Assembly (NCBI GenBank): GCA_002633005.1
Contig: NMRA01000004.1
Location: 1,595,144 to 1,659,143 of the forward strand
Source of the DNA: Phoronis australis
Taxonomy: Eukaryota; Animalia; Phoronida
Direction of reading: 5' to 3'
Length of the DNA: 64,000 nt
The notes under the pieces were generated by a model that saw only the letters and a program-made list of their open reading frames with translations, made no database searches and was not told where the DNA came from. The translations under genes were made by a program, and so were the position numbers. Every line of letters starts with the position of its first letter. Position 1 is the stretch's first letter. Below are positions 37,501 through 49,500 of this stretch, one piece after another.

Positions 37501-40500
37501 ACGGTCAAACGATATCATTTATTGGAGAAAAAATAGACGGGACTTATGAATCAAGTGGACTGTTCAGAAATAGTGCTGAGATACGGTAGTTGTAGTCATG
37601 GTCTACCTATGTCTGTAAGAGACGAATGTACTGAGAACACTCAATATTTTGCATTTTGCACACAGGCGTCCTCAGATTCTGATCGTCCCCAATACACTAG
37701 GCCTACATATAATACTAAGAGGTATGACACTCGGGACTAGAAGTTCCAGGGGTGCTTCGATTCAGCCGTCCATATCAAACACATAACTCAATAAATTTAC
37801 ACAAAACTGGGGTTCAACAAACCATGAGAAATTGTTCTTTCTAATAATACAATTCACGGTGTCCTGCTCCAGCGAGTTCGCAAGAAATTCGCAGTCAAAG
37901 CACAAAAATGTTCCCAAAAAGCCCAAACACACTTCGCACTTTGACAGTTCGAGGTCAAGGACTGTACGGAAATTACCGATGAATTACGTGACTTTACGCG
38001 ACCAACCGGCTATTTCCGTACCGTCCTTGACCTTGAACCGTCAAAGTGCGAATGGGTGTTTGGGCTTTTTGGGAACATTTTTGTGCTTTGACAGCGAATT
38101 TTTTGCGAACTCCCAGGAGCAGGACACCGTGAATGGTATTATACGAAAGAGCACTTTCTCATCATGGTTTGTTGAACCTCTGTTTTGTGTAAATTTATTA
38201 AGTTATGTGTTTAATATGAACGGCTGAATCGAAGCAACCGTGGAATTTCTCAGTAGTCCCGAGTGTCATACATGTACCTTGTGGTAGTATATATTGTATT
38301 GGGGACGCGATCAGAAGCTGAGGACGCCTGTGATTTTGCATAAGATGTCTTGGTTCCTTGATAACCTCATAGACAGGTCAATGGGACTCCGTGGTCACAA
38401 AAGAACTGAGGACTACTGTTACAGTCGTCGCCGAAATTCTGCAGGCCACCGTACATTCGCTCTTTCTAATGTCTTGTACCTCAAAGGCACAAAACTTCCG
38501 ATGCAATTTTTAATGTTAGAAAACCAATAAATGAGCACGACCACAGCAAACTGGTGTCATCTAATTGTTCCCATAGAAACTACTAAGGTTACGAGAGATT
38601 TGGCATCTTGCGTCCATCAGATATTGTGTCAAGGTCAAATCTCGTTGGTACCAAAGGCTGTCCTTAAATGGACTTCGCCGGTTCCGCCGGGTCAACCGGC
38701 TAAGGTTGGTTTGCAAGTTGTCACGGTTATAAAAAACAAGCAGATTAGTGTTTTAGTCAAAACAGATAAAGTCAATCAAGTGTAGCCACTGGATCTCAAC
38801 TACTACAATTTACCTTCAAATGTAGGAGAGTGTGGTTTACCATCGCCTGGTTCGATGACGCAAACAGTCATGTCACTCTCTATACCACCGAACTTGTTCA
38901 ACATGCACGTGTACACTGCAGAACCTGTGGGTAAATTTAAAGCCTTCAGTCGTTTCCCAAATGACACCCAAATGCGCATGCTAATAGCTCTGACTCATCT
39001 CCCTAGATTTCATTCACTAAGGGCTACATGAACTGACTGAGTCTCCCGCGTTCTGTCTTAAACTGCATGACACCACACTGTATCCTTAACAGGCTGTTCT
39101 GAGAGACCCTCCCAAAGTTACGTCGTCTCAATCATGATTCCACAGAAGATGAATCACAAACTTAATGCTCAATCAGTTTATTATTATACTTTCTAGCTCA
39201 CTCTTCAATACTACATGTATGTAGAGTAAATCGTGAGTACATGTATGTTGATATTTCATCATTAAGTCTTGTGTAAATCTGTTCATAATTGAAACAACTT
39301 CCCATGTTTAACCTGAAGACGTACACGTACAGTGTGTAGCCATAGTACAGTTTGAAAGCAGTTCGTTTTCGATTCCCTGAATGTGAAATACGTCCAGATG
39401 TAATGCTTTCTAACGCTTTCTTTGCTTAACTGTTATTATTGCACATTGAAATAAACATTAAAAAATGAAATCACTGAATGTCCAAAGGAAATCGGCTAAC
39501 CAGTGTCATAGCAGGACGAATAGTGTACTACATTGGGACACGAAGTCAACATACATGTACTGTACGCTATATTGTTCTGCCTTCCCAGAGTTCAAAAGCG
39601 ACATCTGGTTGATCCAATTTCAAATTCTGGTAGTCAAGCCGGGCAGAGCAAATTAAGACGAAACACAATTTCTCCCATTCACGGCCATTTAGCGACGTTG
39701 GGCTGCTACACGTACAATTGTGATTTGATCATTCAACGGAATGGTGATTGCAAAGAATTAAAAACCCTGTGAAATTCGACTGCTATGAAATCTGGATCCA
39801 AGTTACGTGTACACTGTAAGTGGAGATGTTTAACTTATCGTCAATTAGTGACGCACCAAATTTCAACATGTCGCGTTGCCTCGCAAAATGGGTATAAATC
39901 CAAAAGGCAGATATAGGTCAGTGGTTCTCGTCTGTGTTAATTGCTTAAAAAATCGAATCGGTCCTGCGAATTTTTTTACTTGCTTACTTTTACAAAAAAG
40001 AAGTCTACATGAGACGAGCAAAAACGACGCCTGGTTGTTCTTTTTCTTTACTCGTCGCTTGGCAAAACAAGGCGTTTCAAAACTTGCTCAACCTTCCTCA
40101 CTTGCCGTTGTGCAGTTTTTCAGAAACAAACACCAGAACTTGACTGAAATTGAGGTGGGCGGGCGTTTTTTTCAGTTGGTAAGCGAAGGTTCCGAAATGA
40201 GTCGGGCTACTAACTATGCTTTTTTAGTCTTACCGAAAATCAAGATGTAACAGTAATGGCCCTACTACATGTATGAAATAAGCAAAGCGAGTTGACGTCA
40301 ATTCTAAAATACACTGCAGTGACCAAAACACATTGGCTTAGCTAATTGATATAGCCAATTTTAGCGAAGGTCTGACTGTGAGTAGAAATGTTTGTAGACA
40401 GGGTAATGGTGACTCTGCCTAGTACACAGCAACCAAGGACGAAAGCATGGCGACTATTTCTATCAGCAAACTGACTGGCAATGACTACCATGGCACCAAG

Positions 40501-43500
40501 TTTTAATAACAAAATGGTTTAGCCCTCCTGATAATTCCCCACGGAGGGAAGGCTACTAATGAATTCGGCTTCCGGCCAGCCGTCATGACGGGAAATTCCC
40601 AGTCATTTTGTCTGTACTCTTTTGATGGTGAGTACTGTGTCCTTGCCAGACTTCTAATGCCAACGTCGGAGTAACACATAAAAATCTATGGCTTGGTCAG
40701 GTAACTAAATCGTACCACACCAATTTATTTCGTTTGTCTTCAGTTTCATTTTAGAAGTACGCCCTTTCAAATCCACCACATACCGCTCCTTACCAGGGGG
40801 TTTCTGAACGTCATTAGAAAATATCCAATCCGCTGCCTTCTGTGCGTCGGGTCCAGTGAGGTAGAACTTGCCAAAGTATGACATGTTGAATACTGCCACA
40901 TTGTTTCGACACGACAAGCATTCCCTACCAATCTGGAAAATTGCACAGCAAAATAGCGAGGAAATCACATTCAGTCACCAAGTAGTTTTAGACGCTTTAA
41001 ATAAATGAAAATATGCGGTAACAAAACTTGTCGTCTAGGGAGAGCGTTTCATACAAAATCGAGATCTAACAGGACAAGACAGTACGCAAGACTTATTCTT
41101 AATATATTGCCACAGGTGCATCACTAGGCTCATCGCTTCAGAGGGTGATAACACATGGTTTTAATATGACAAGATCGCTATTATTTCCGGATTTAAGGTG
41201 ATCCCACTGGCGGCAGCTCAGTGACCATTCCTAACATATAGTTGGCATGACCTATTTCTGCACGGGTTTCAGGAAGCACGAATTACATAAATATGGTACA
41301 TGAACGGTTGACCTTACCACGTCGTGGTGAGCAGGAAAGCTGAATGTGTAGTCGTTCTTGAGGAGATCGTAGTAGGAGTTGTTTTGGTTGACAGGATGGC
41401 CATAAGCTCCGTACCAGTCGTAGGGAGGAGGCTGGAAAGATTTACAGTTGCCATACCCACAACGTACATTTTAAAAGAGAACTCAAATATCATACACACA
41501 GCTTGAGAAGGATATCCCACACAATTCAAATGCAGGTTTATTCTTTAGAACGGTGAAGATTTTTGCCATGGAATGCTTCCGCGAAGTAATGATGAAGTGT
41601 TATAACGCGCGTGACCTGAAGCAGCTCCTCGATCTGACGAGGATTGGTATTAACTTTAAATTTAAAAATTAAAATGCAAAACTTGGATAGTTATCCGAAA
41701 AGCATTACGTTTGATATTTTTATGAGATCGAAGGTTTACCCCATGCCCCCCACTCCCGAGTAGAATGGGCAACACGTACAGGCACGTGGTAACGTGCACG
41801 TTACCACGTGCCTGTGCGTGATTAATGGTCACTTGGGTTTGTTGACTCATGAGTCAACAAACCCAAGTGACCATTAATCATTACTCAGAAGGTGCACTGT
41901 ATGTTCTTCGCGCATTCTCTTGGCGACCACGTGACCATAATTTCGAGTCATTACAAAACAATTACAGGAACAACTACTTAATTTTTGTGACACTGTACTT
42001 GTAGATGTGTACCCTAAGTAGGATTGGAAATGGTTGTTTTCAAAATTTCCAACAGTAGTATCGAACGGCAAGCTGTAGCACACACATCAGAGGACTGTCG
42101 ATTTTCGTTATACATCCTAGCATCGCTTGTTGAATTCCACCTACCTTAACTGGTCCCTGGTCTGAGAACCAGCCAGGCCTCTCCCAGCCCTGCCGTTCTT
42201 GATAGTGACAACCAGCGGAAGCAAGTTCCTGAAAATCACGTAGAGGGAGACCGCCTACAGACCATTGCAAACAGACGATAACAATCGGGAACACAAGTTA
42301 ACGATGTATGGTGTTAGTGGAGTTACTAGATTTCTCATGTCCTCTTTATACTACATTTCACGTCATAGTCATTCGCAAAGTAAAAAAGGTGGCTATAGAC
42401 ATGATTTCGAGTTTGTTTGATCAGGCTAATACCACTAAGCCCATACCTCGTAAAGCGGGTCCAGTCTCATATTACGACTTGCCAAAGGTTCGTCATGAAT
42501 AAAGACGGTGGAGTAGTTCGTGGCATACGCCTCGTGAGAGCGTTGGCGCATCCAACTCCGGTTGCCGGTGAGTTTTTCAGTAAAACGTCTGATAATCAAA
42601 ACGAGACGAATTATTAGCAGACGTAGGCAGTTCTTCAAGCATTCCTTATTTTGAGAAAGTTTGTATTTTGACACAAAGAGTACTTGGCAGTGTTATCACA
42701 ACTGTCAAATTGAAAATGATCACGTTATTAACCATTTTTAGAAATTTCATGATTCATACACTGATTAAGGTAGAAGCCGCACCTTGGAAAAAGAGAAAGA
42801 AAAAGTCGCAAATTAGTCGAAGTGTCAATACAGCAAGTACTTCAAGCAGAGTATTCAATTAAAGTTATGAAGAAACAATATTCTTCAAAGCGTAGGCGTA
42901 CCGTGCTCAGTCAAAGTGAGTGGTGAAACATTAAGTAACATTGTAATAATCACAAACGCTTGAAACGATGAAGTCATTAAAGGCTAATTACCGGCGAGAA
43001 CAGTTATTTTCTGAGATGAGCCTACACGATTCGAGCCTGCAGTTGCAGCATAACCGTATGCTCTAACCGAGTTAAATCCTTCTCAATAGATTGCAGAGTA
43101 TTGTAACTGTTCCTAACTCGTAAGATCGGTCGACCCTGATTTCGGTTAATGTCAGTCAGACAACGGTGAAAATTGATTGTTTGTAATAAAGTCACAACAC
43201 AACAAATTTCGTTGTTATATGTCTGATCATAGCTAATAACTTCATGAAGTCTTTACTATCTACACTGTATCAACTATCCCAGAATGCATTTTGGCCGCAA
43301 AAACCGATAATGCCCCTTAAAAGGTGGAGGAAAAGACACATTTTCTATGCTACGTATTTCAGATATGTTTTATCGAGAAAAATGACGTCCATGTTCTGAT
43401 TAAACTGCAAGTATTTTACAACCACTATATGCCCGTGTTATTTTGACAGTGTCACTTTGAATGCATATTAGTGTTCGCCAAAACGTATACGATATTCATT

Positions 43501-46500
43501 TGCACACTGAACCCAACCAATAACTTAAATGAAATTAGGGCTGCTTTCCGTAAACCCAAGATACTCGCGAAAACAATTAGTGTGATCACGTGCTTAGTGC
43601 ATGTCGATATGTCGCGAAGAATTGCGTCATCTTGCGTTTACGCGAATTTCTCGAGTTTACGGAACGCAGGTCTGCACACTGGCTCCACCGGTGGGTAGGA
43701 TTGAGAAAGTTGCCTTGTAACATTACCGGATGTCATAGTTATACATATCCAAAGACGGACTTCCGTGGGCCACCCACTCTGCCAGTTGCTGTCCACAACC
43801 GCCACCTAGTGAGAAAACACAAGCATTAAAACTCGTTTGTTGTTGATGGGAAATACGTTCACATTAATTTGCACAGTAACAAGAGCGATGATATCTGTGT
43901 CAATTAGGAGAAAAAGACACTCTTCGAGATGGCATAAAAGACAAATCTGCCGACCAGATAAGACTGAATTTCTTATTAACACATCGGATTATAAACATGA
44001 GTCTATACTGGAGTTATCCCAGGCGGTATTCTAAATCCTACCCAGCAAGTAACGGGAATTGACAATTCTACTGGAGTTGTAAACAAACGAAAATTCACTC
44101 TTTTTGTCAGAAACGTGTGACTGTTGATACTCCAGAACACTTAGCCCACTTACTTAACATCATGCCGGAACTATTGAAGCCGCAGCCGTGATAAAACCCT
44201 CTCACCTCAGGAGACTCGCCCAATAAAGGCTTGTGGTCTGGTGTGAAGGATTCTGGAAATGTCAAGCATATCACGTTCATGAAAATCCCCATACTTAGTC
44301 ACCAAAGTTTATGGAGTCGTATTTATTGAATATATGCGTGAAATTGGCTCCCTTTCTCAGTGACGATGCAATTAGTCTCCTAAACGCGATGTTTGCAAAG
44401 ACTCCAACGCTCCGCAGCCCGGGCCGGCGGAAGGTCTCCCGCTTTCAAGAATTTAGAAAATCCTACCGACCTCCACTGAGATAGAAAATTCAGCCTTGAA
44501 TTATTTATCAAAAATGTAACTCTGTCACATTTTCAATTTTCACACTTATAGGTTTCGTAACTGAACAGAAAAATGTTTCTTACAATTTCGAGGGTCTATA
44601 ATAGTGTTCCGTTTATGGTCTAAAATGCGAAAATCTAGAACAAGCTCAGTTAGAACTGAAAGATTGCTTTATAGGACTTTTGATTCATTCGCTGCGTCAC
44701 CTGTTGGTGTGACTACACAGTACGGTACGCTCTATAGGGCTATTTCTCCAGCANAAACTTATGAAGAAACATTATTCTTCAAAGCGTAGGCGTACCGTGC
44801 TCAGTCAAAGTGAGTGGTGAAACATTAAGTAACATTGTTATAATCACAAACGCTTGAAACGATGAAGTCATTAAAGGCACATTACCGGCGAGAAAAGTTA
44901 TTTTCTGAGATGAGCCTACACGATTCGAGCCTGCAGTTGCAGCATAACCGTATGCTCTAACCGAGCTAAATCCCTCTCAATAGATTGCAGAGTATTGTAA
45001 CTGTTCCTAACTCGTAAGATCCGTCCACCCTGATTTCAGTTAATGACGTTAATGTCAGTCAGACAACGGTGAGAATTGATTTTTTGTAATAAAGTCACAA
45101 CACAACAAATTTCGTTGTTATATTTCTGATCATAGCTAATAACTTCATGAAGTCTTTACTATCTATCAACTATCCGAGAATGCATTTTGGCCGTAAAAAC
45201 CGATAATGCCCCTTAAAAGGTGGAGGAAAAGACACATTTTCTATGCTACGTATTTCAGATATGTTTTAACGAGAAAAATGACGTCCATGTTCTGATTAAA
45301 CTGCAAGTATTTTACACCCACTATATGCCCGTGTTATTTTGACAGTGTCACTTGGAATGCATATTAATGTTCGCCAAAACGTATACGATATTCATTTGCA
45401 CACTGAACCCAACCAATAACTTAAATAAAATTAGGGCTACTTTCCGTAGACCCAAGATACTCGCGAAAACAATGAGTGTGATCACGTGCTTAGTGCATGT
45501 CGATATCTTGCGAAGAATTGCGTCATCTTGCGTTTACGCGAATTTCTCGAGTTTACGGAACGCAGGTCTGCACACTGGCTCCACCGGTGGGTAGAATTGA
45601 AAAAGTTGACTTGTAACATTACCGGATATCATAGTTATACATATCCAAAGACGGACTTCCGTGGGCCACCCATTCTGCCAGTTGCTGTCCACAACCGCCA
45701 CCTAGAGAGAAAACACAAGCATTTAAAACACATCGGATTATAAACATGAGTCTATACTGGAGTTAACCCAGGCGGCATTCTAAATCCTACCCAGCAAGTA
45801 ACGGGAATTGACAATTTTACTGGAGTTGTAAACTGAAACGAAAATTTACTCTTTTTGTCAGAAACGTGTGACTGTTGATACTCCAGAACACTTAGCCCAC
45901 TTACTTAACATCATGCCGGAACTATTGAAGCCGCAGCCGTGATAAAACCCTCTCACCTCAGGAGACTCGCCCAATAAAGGCTTGTGGTCTGGTGTGAAGG
46001 ATTCTGGAAATGTCAAGCATATCACGTTCATGAAAATCCCCATACTTAGTCCCCAAAGTTTATGGAGTCGTATTTATTGAATATATGCGTGAAGTTGTCT
46101 CCCTTTCTCAGTGACGATGCAATTAGTCTCCTAAACGCGATGTTTGCAAAGACTCCAAAGCTCCGCAGCCCGGGCCGGCAGAAGGTCTCCCGCTTTAGAT
46201 AGAATTTAGAAAATCCTACCGACCTCCACTGAGATAGAAAATTCAGCCTTGAATTAATTATCAAAAATGTCACTCTGTCACATTTTCAATTTTCACACTT
46301 ATAGGTTTCGTAACTGAGCAGAAAAATGTTTCTTACAATTTCGAGGGTCTATAATAGTGTTCCGTTTATGGTCTAAAATGCGAAAATCTAGAACAAGCTC
46401 AGTTAGAACTGAAAGATTGCTTTATAGGACTTTTGATTCATTCGCTGCGTCACCTGTTGGTGTGACTACACAGTACGGTACGCTCTATAGGGCTATTTCT

Positions 46501-49500
46501 CCAGCATACAACCTACCAATACAACAATGGCGTAAAAATATATTTCAGAGATATCGAATAATCCATTTCATTGACTTTAAAAATTTCGTACCGGGTCCGC
46601 AAACTGTTGCCTTAATTCCAGTTTCTCCCACGACAGGCACCCTGTTGGCAGCGCCATCTATGCTCACACCAAACACGTCCCAGTCGAGGTCGAACAAAGT
46701 AAAGGCAAAATCCTTTTTCACCTGTCGCGAGAAAATTTTCATAATGCATACTTTCAACTGCACTATAATTCTCTAAAAGGAATAGGAACCTAAACTGAGA
46801 ACGGTTGATCTTTTTTGATAAACGCAGTTTTGTCAAATACCGAGCATGCCAATACATGTAGCTTCATGTCGGAAACAGCATATCCCATTATATGTTCTAT
46901 CATGTTTTACCCACAATGCCACACGCATGTCAAACACTTATCCTGCTATTTGACATTGTTGTGTTATCCCACTGTTTTAAATCCGAAATGCTCACCCCTG
47001 TTGTTATAAAGCCTCCAAATGTGACACTGTAGCGTTGTGTGGACAAGATGGCATACTTATCGTTCATTGCTTATCTGCCTTAACAGCATAAAATGCGTGA
47101 CGTTTTGACAAATAAAGTCATTCGTGCAAAGCATTTTTTTCTACATGTGACACAGAGGAGAGTATTTTAGTACTCTTCTGTTACGTAATTAAAATTGCGC
47201 AAGTTAACACTAATGCACCACTGTAGGTTTACTCGAAGTGTAACTCTAGTAAGGGCCTAAAGCACAGTCTACGCACGCTAGGCCGATTGGCGGTTACTAA
47301 CGCGAAGTCGTATTTGACCATCGGATTGTGTAGACAGTGATTCAAATGTCGACCACGACATCTTAGTGGGAAAACTTGTCTACGCATTCCCATTAGCCGT
47401 GGGAAAAAAACCACCTTGCTTCTTACTGAAAATTTTATTCAGAATGGAACTATCACAAGCGCGCACCCAGGGGGGTGGCTCGGGGGGCTCGAACGACCCC
47501 CCCCCCCCATTTGGCAAAGTGGGCAAAAATTTTCGCCTCAGAAAAATGAGACAAAAATGCAAAAGGAATTTGGCGCGAGCACAATTCGTAGGTATGAACC
47601 TAGTACTTTTTTTCAGGAAAAGGTCCACATAACGCAAAATTCGAGCCCCCCTATATTTTAGCCTGGGTGCGTGCACGTATCAAAGCGGCTTTTGAAGGCA
47701 ATTTATAATAAACATAACTCACTCAAACCTTGTAGACCTAATTACATGTATTAGTTTACTTACATCATCCCAGAATAACGGATTGGGTTCGTATCCACCT
47801 ATCGACACTGTGTCTCCCTGAACTTTAAGGCACATTGAAGCATCATGGTCTCGAACATTTGGCATGTTTCGTATTCCTTCGATCTTTTCCGTCACAACAT
47901 GCGCGTGTTTCATGGCCACCAGGGGAGTCTTTACTCCAGCCATCTGACCAATCAGTGGCGCCCAAACCCCTAGATGACCGAATCGTTTACATAAGGGTAG
48001 GTCAGATAATTAGTCATCACTGGTAGCATGGTTTGGGAAAGATGGCAATTGATAACAAGTGATGGGGTATCAACTTCCGGTGACGTCATCCAGTGATATA
48101 TTTCAAAATATTTAAAAATAAAAAAGACAATCGCGAATTCTTTGCAATTTTAGCGGAATATACCTATAAACAAAAGACAGTCTCACCCCAGCCACTGTTT
48201 AAACTCCGGGATCATCTTTACACGCCACAGAAATCAAAGTTGGCAATGTACTTGTACATGTAATTAAACTGAATAATTGTAACTGCAATTAATGATTTTA
48301 TTCTCGATAGCATTTTCCTAAGGTTGAAATACATGACATTGAACAAACTTGAACGAATATTATTTCTGACTTATCTTTATTCTGACCAATGAATTTTTAT
48401 TTGAATGCATTAAAAAGCATTTTAAATAACTATTCAGAAAATGCAAACAGTACTATGTCCATGGCGCACGTTTAAGAAACGTAAAATTCCTGTAACCAGC
48501 AGCAACTAGCAATATCTTTGTAACACTATCATGAAATTTTGTTGTATGGACATTCTTACCAGTACAATTGACGACTTTGTTTGTTTGAACTTTCCCGCTA
48601 GAAGTCTCCACAGACACCACTCTCTTCACCCCAAAGTCGTCTTCGGATACATTTACGTCGGTGACGTAACTGTCTGTAATAATCTGCGAAATGCGGAAAA
48701 AAATCACCACGTGTACAATTCTTCAAATATCTTTTAAATACCCATTCTCAGTTTAGGAATCAAACCAAAGTCGATGGATCTAGAAAACTGCCTAGAAATC
48801 TAATGGTTAGGCGTTTGTAATCAAGTGGCCTCGTTTTGTTAAAAAACGAAATTGTGTACAATTAAAATAACATTCGACGTGAAATTTTTTCGCCAGAAAC
48901 TGTTGAATATGCTTCTTTATTCATTTACAAATGGCATATGTGGGGTTATCTTCCAAGACCCTTTCGGCCGCCGACTACAATGAGAACTTTAAACATTCAT
49001 GTACATTTAAATAGTAGAAGAAGCGTGACCCTTGTAAAGAAAGTGACCAGTAACTCCCAGGTCTGAGATTTGACACTGCCTTTCCAATACCCATATGAAA
49101 ATGTGGGACGAATGATAACGTTCGAATGAATATGTGCAATGATGTTGCTTTGAAGACCATGACTACCAGCCACGGCAGGGGGCGCAACGCGCGTACTGAT
49201 CTAACAGGTTTTCATCTAACAAGTTAATGTTTTGATGCTATACCGCTAGGCAAAGTGTCATATTTGCCTGGTCAAGACTTGAAATTTACATGAATTCATT
49301 CATCACATGACCGGCCTACGAAATAAATGCTTTTCAGAGACCTACATTGTACATTAATCTACAAAATCATATGGTTACAAGTTTTAGCTTCCCAAAACCA
49401 GCCGCTACATCCCACACTCAACGCGAGGCTGCTGCCCACTACCTTCGCTCCGGCTTGATTAGCGGCGCGTGCCATGGCGGTGCAGTATCCAGTTGGGTCA

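Larger units (their letters stand above)
42861..46506. repeat. Tandem duplication of about 1.8 kb (42861-44753 and 44755-46506) joined at an N
   Basis: Near-identical units starting AAA(G/C)TTATGAAGAAACA and ending GGGCTATTTCTCCAGCA. Unit A has about 150 bp extra near 43830-43980. Confidence 0.95.

Noticed and set aside
37832-38227. 131-aa ORF
   Set aside because: It lies within the palindromic transposon and has no protein motifs or splice context.
43471-46776. Paired plus-strand ORFs (MFAKTY..., MLSACRY..., MFRLWSK...)
   Set aside because: They recur only because of the 1.8-kb duplication, and they are intronic or antisense to SARDH exons.
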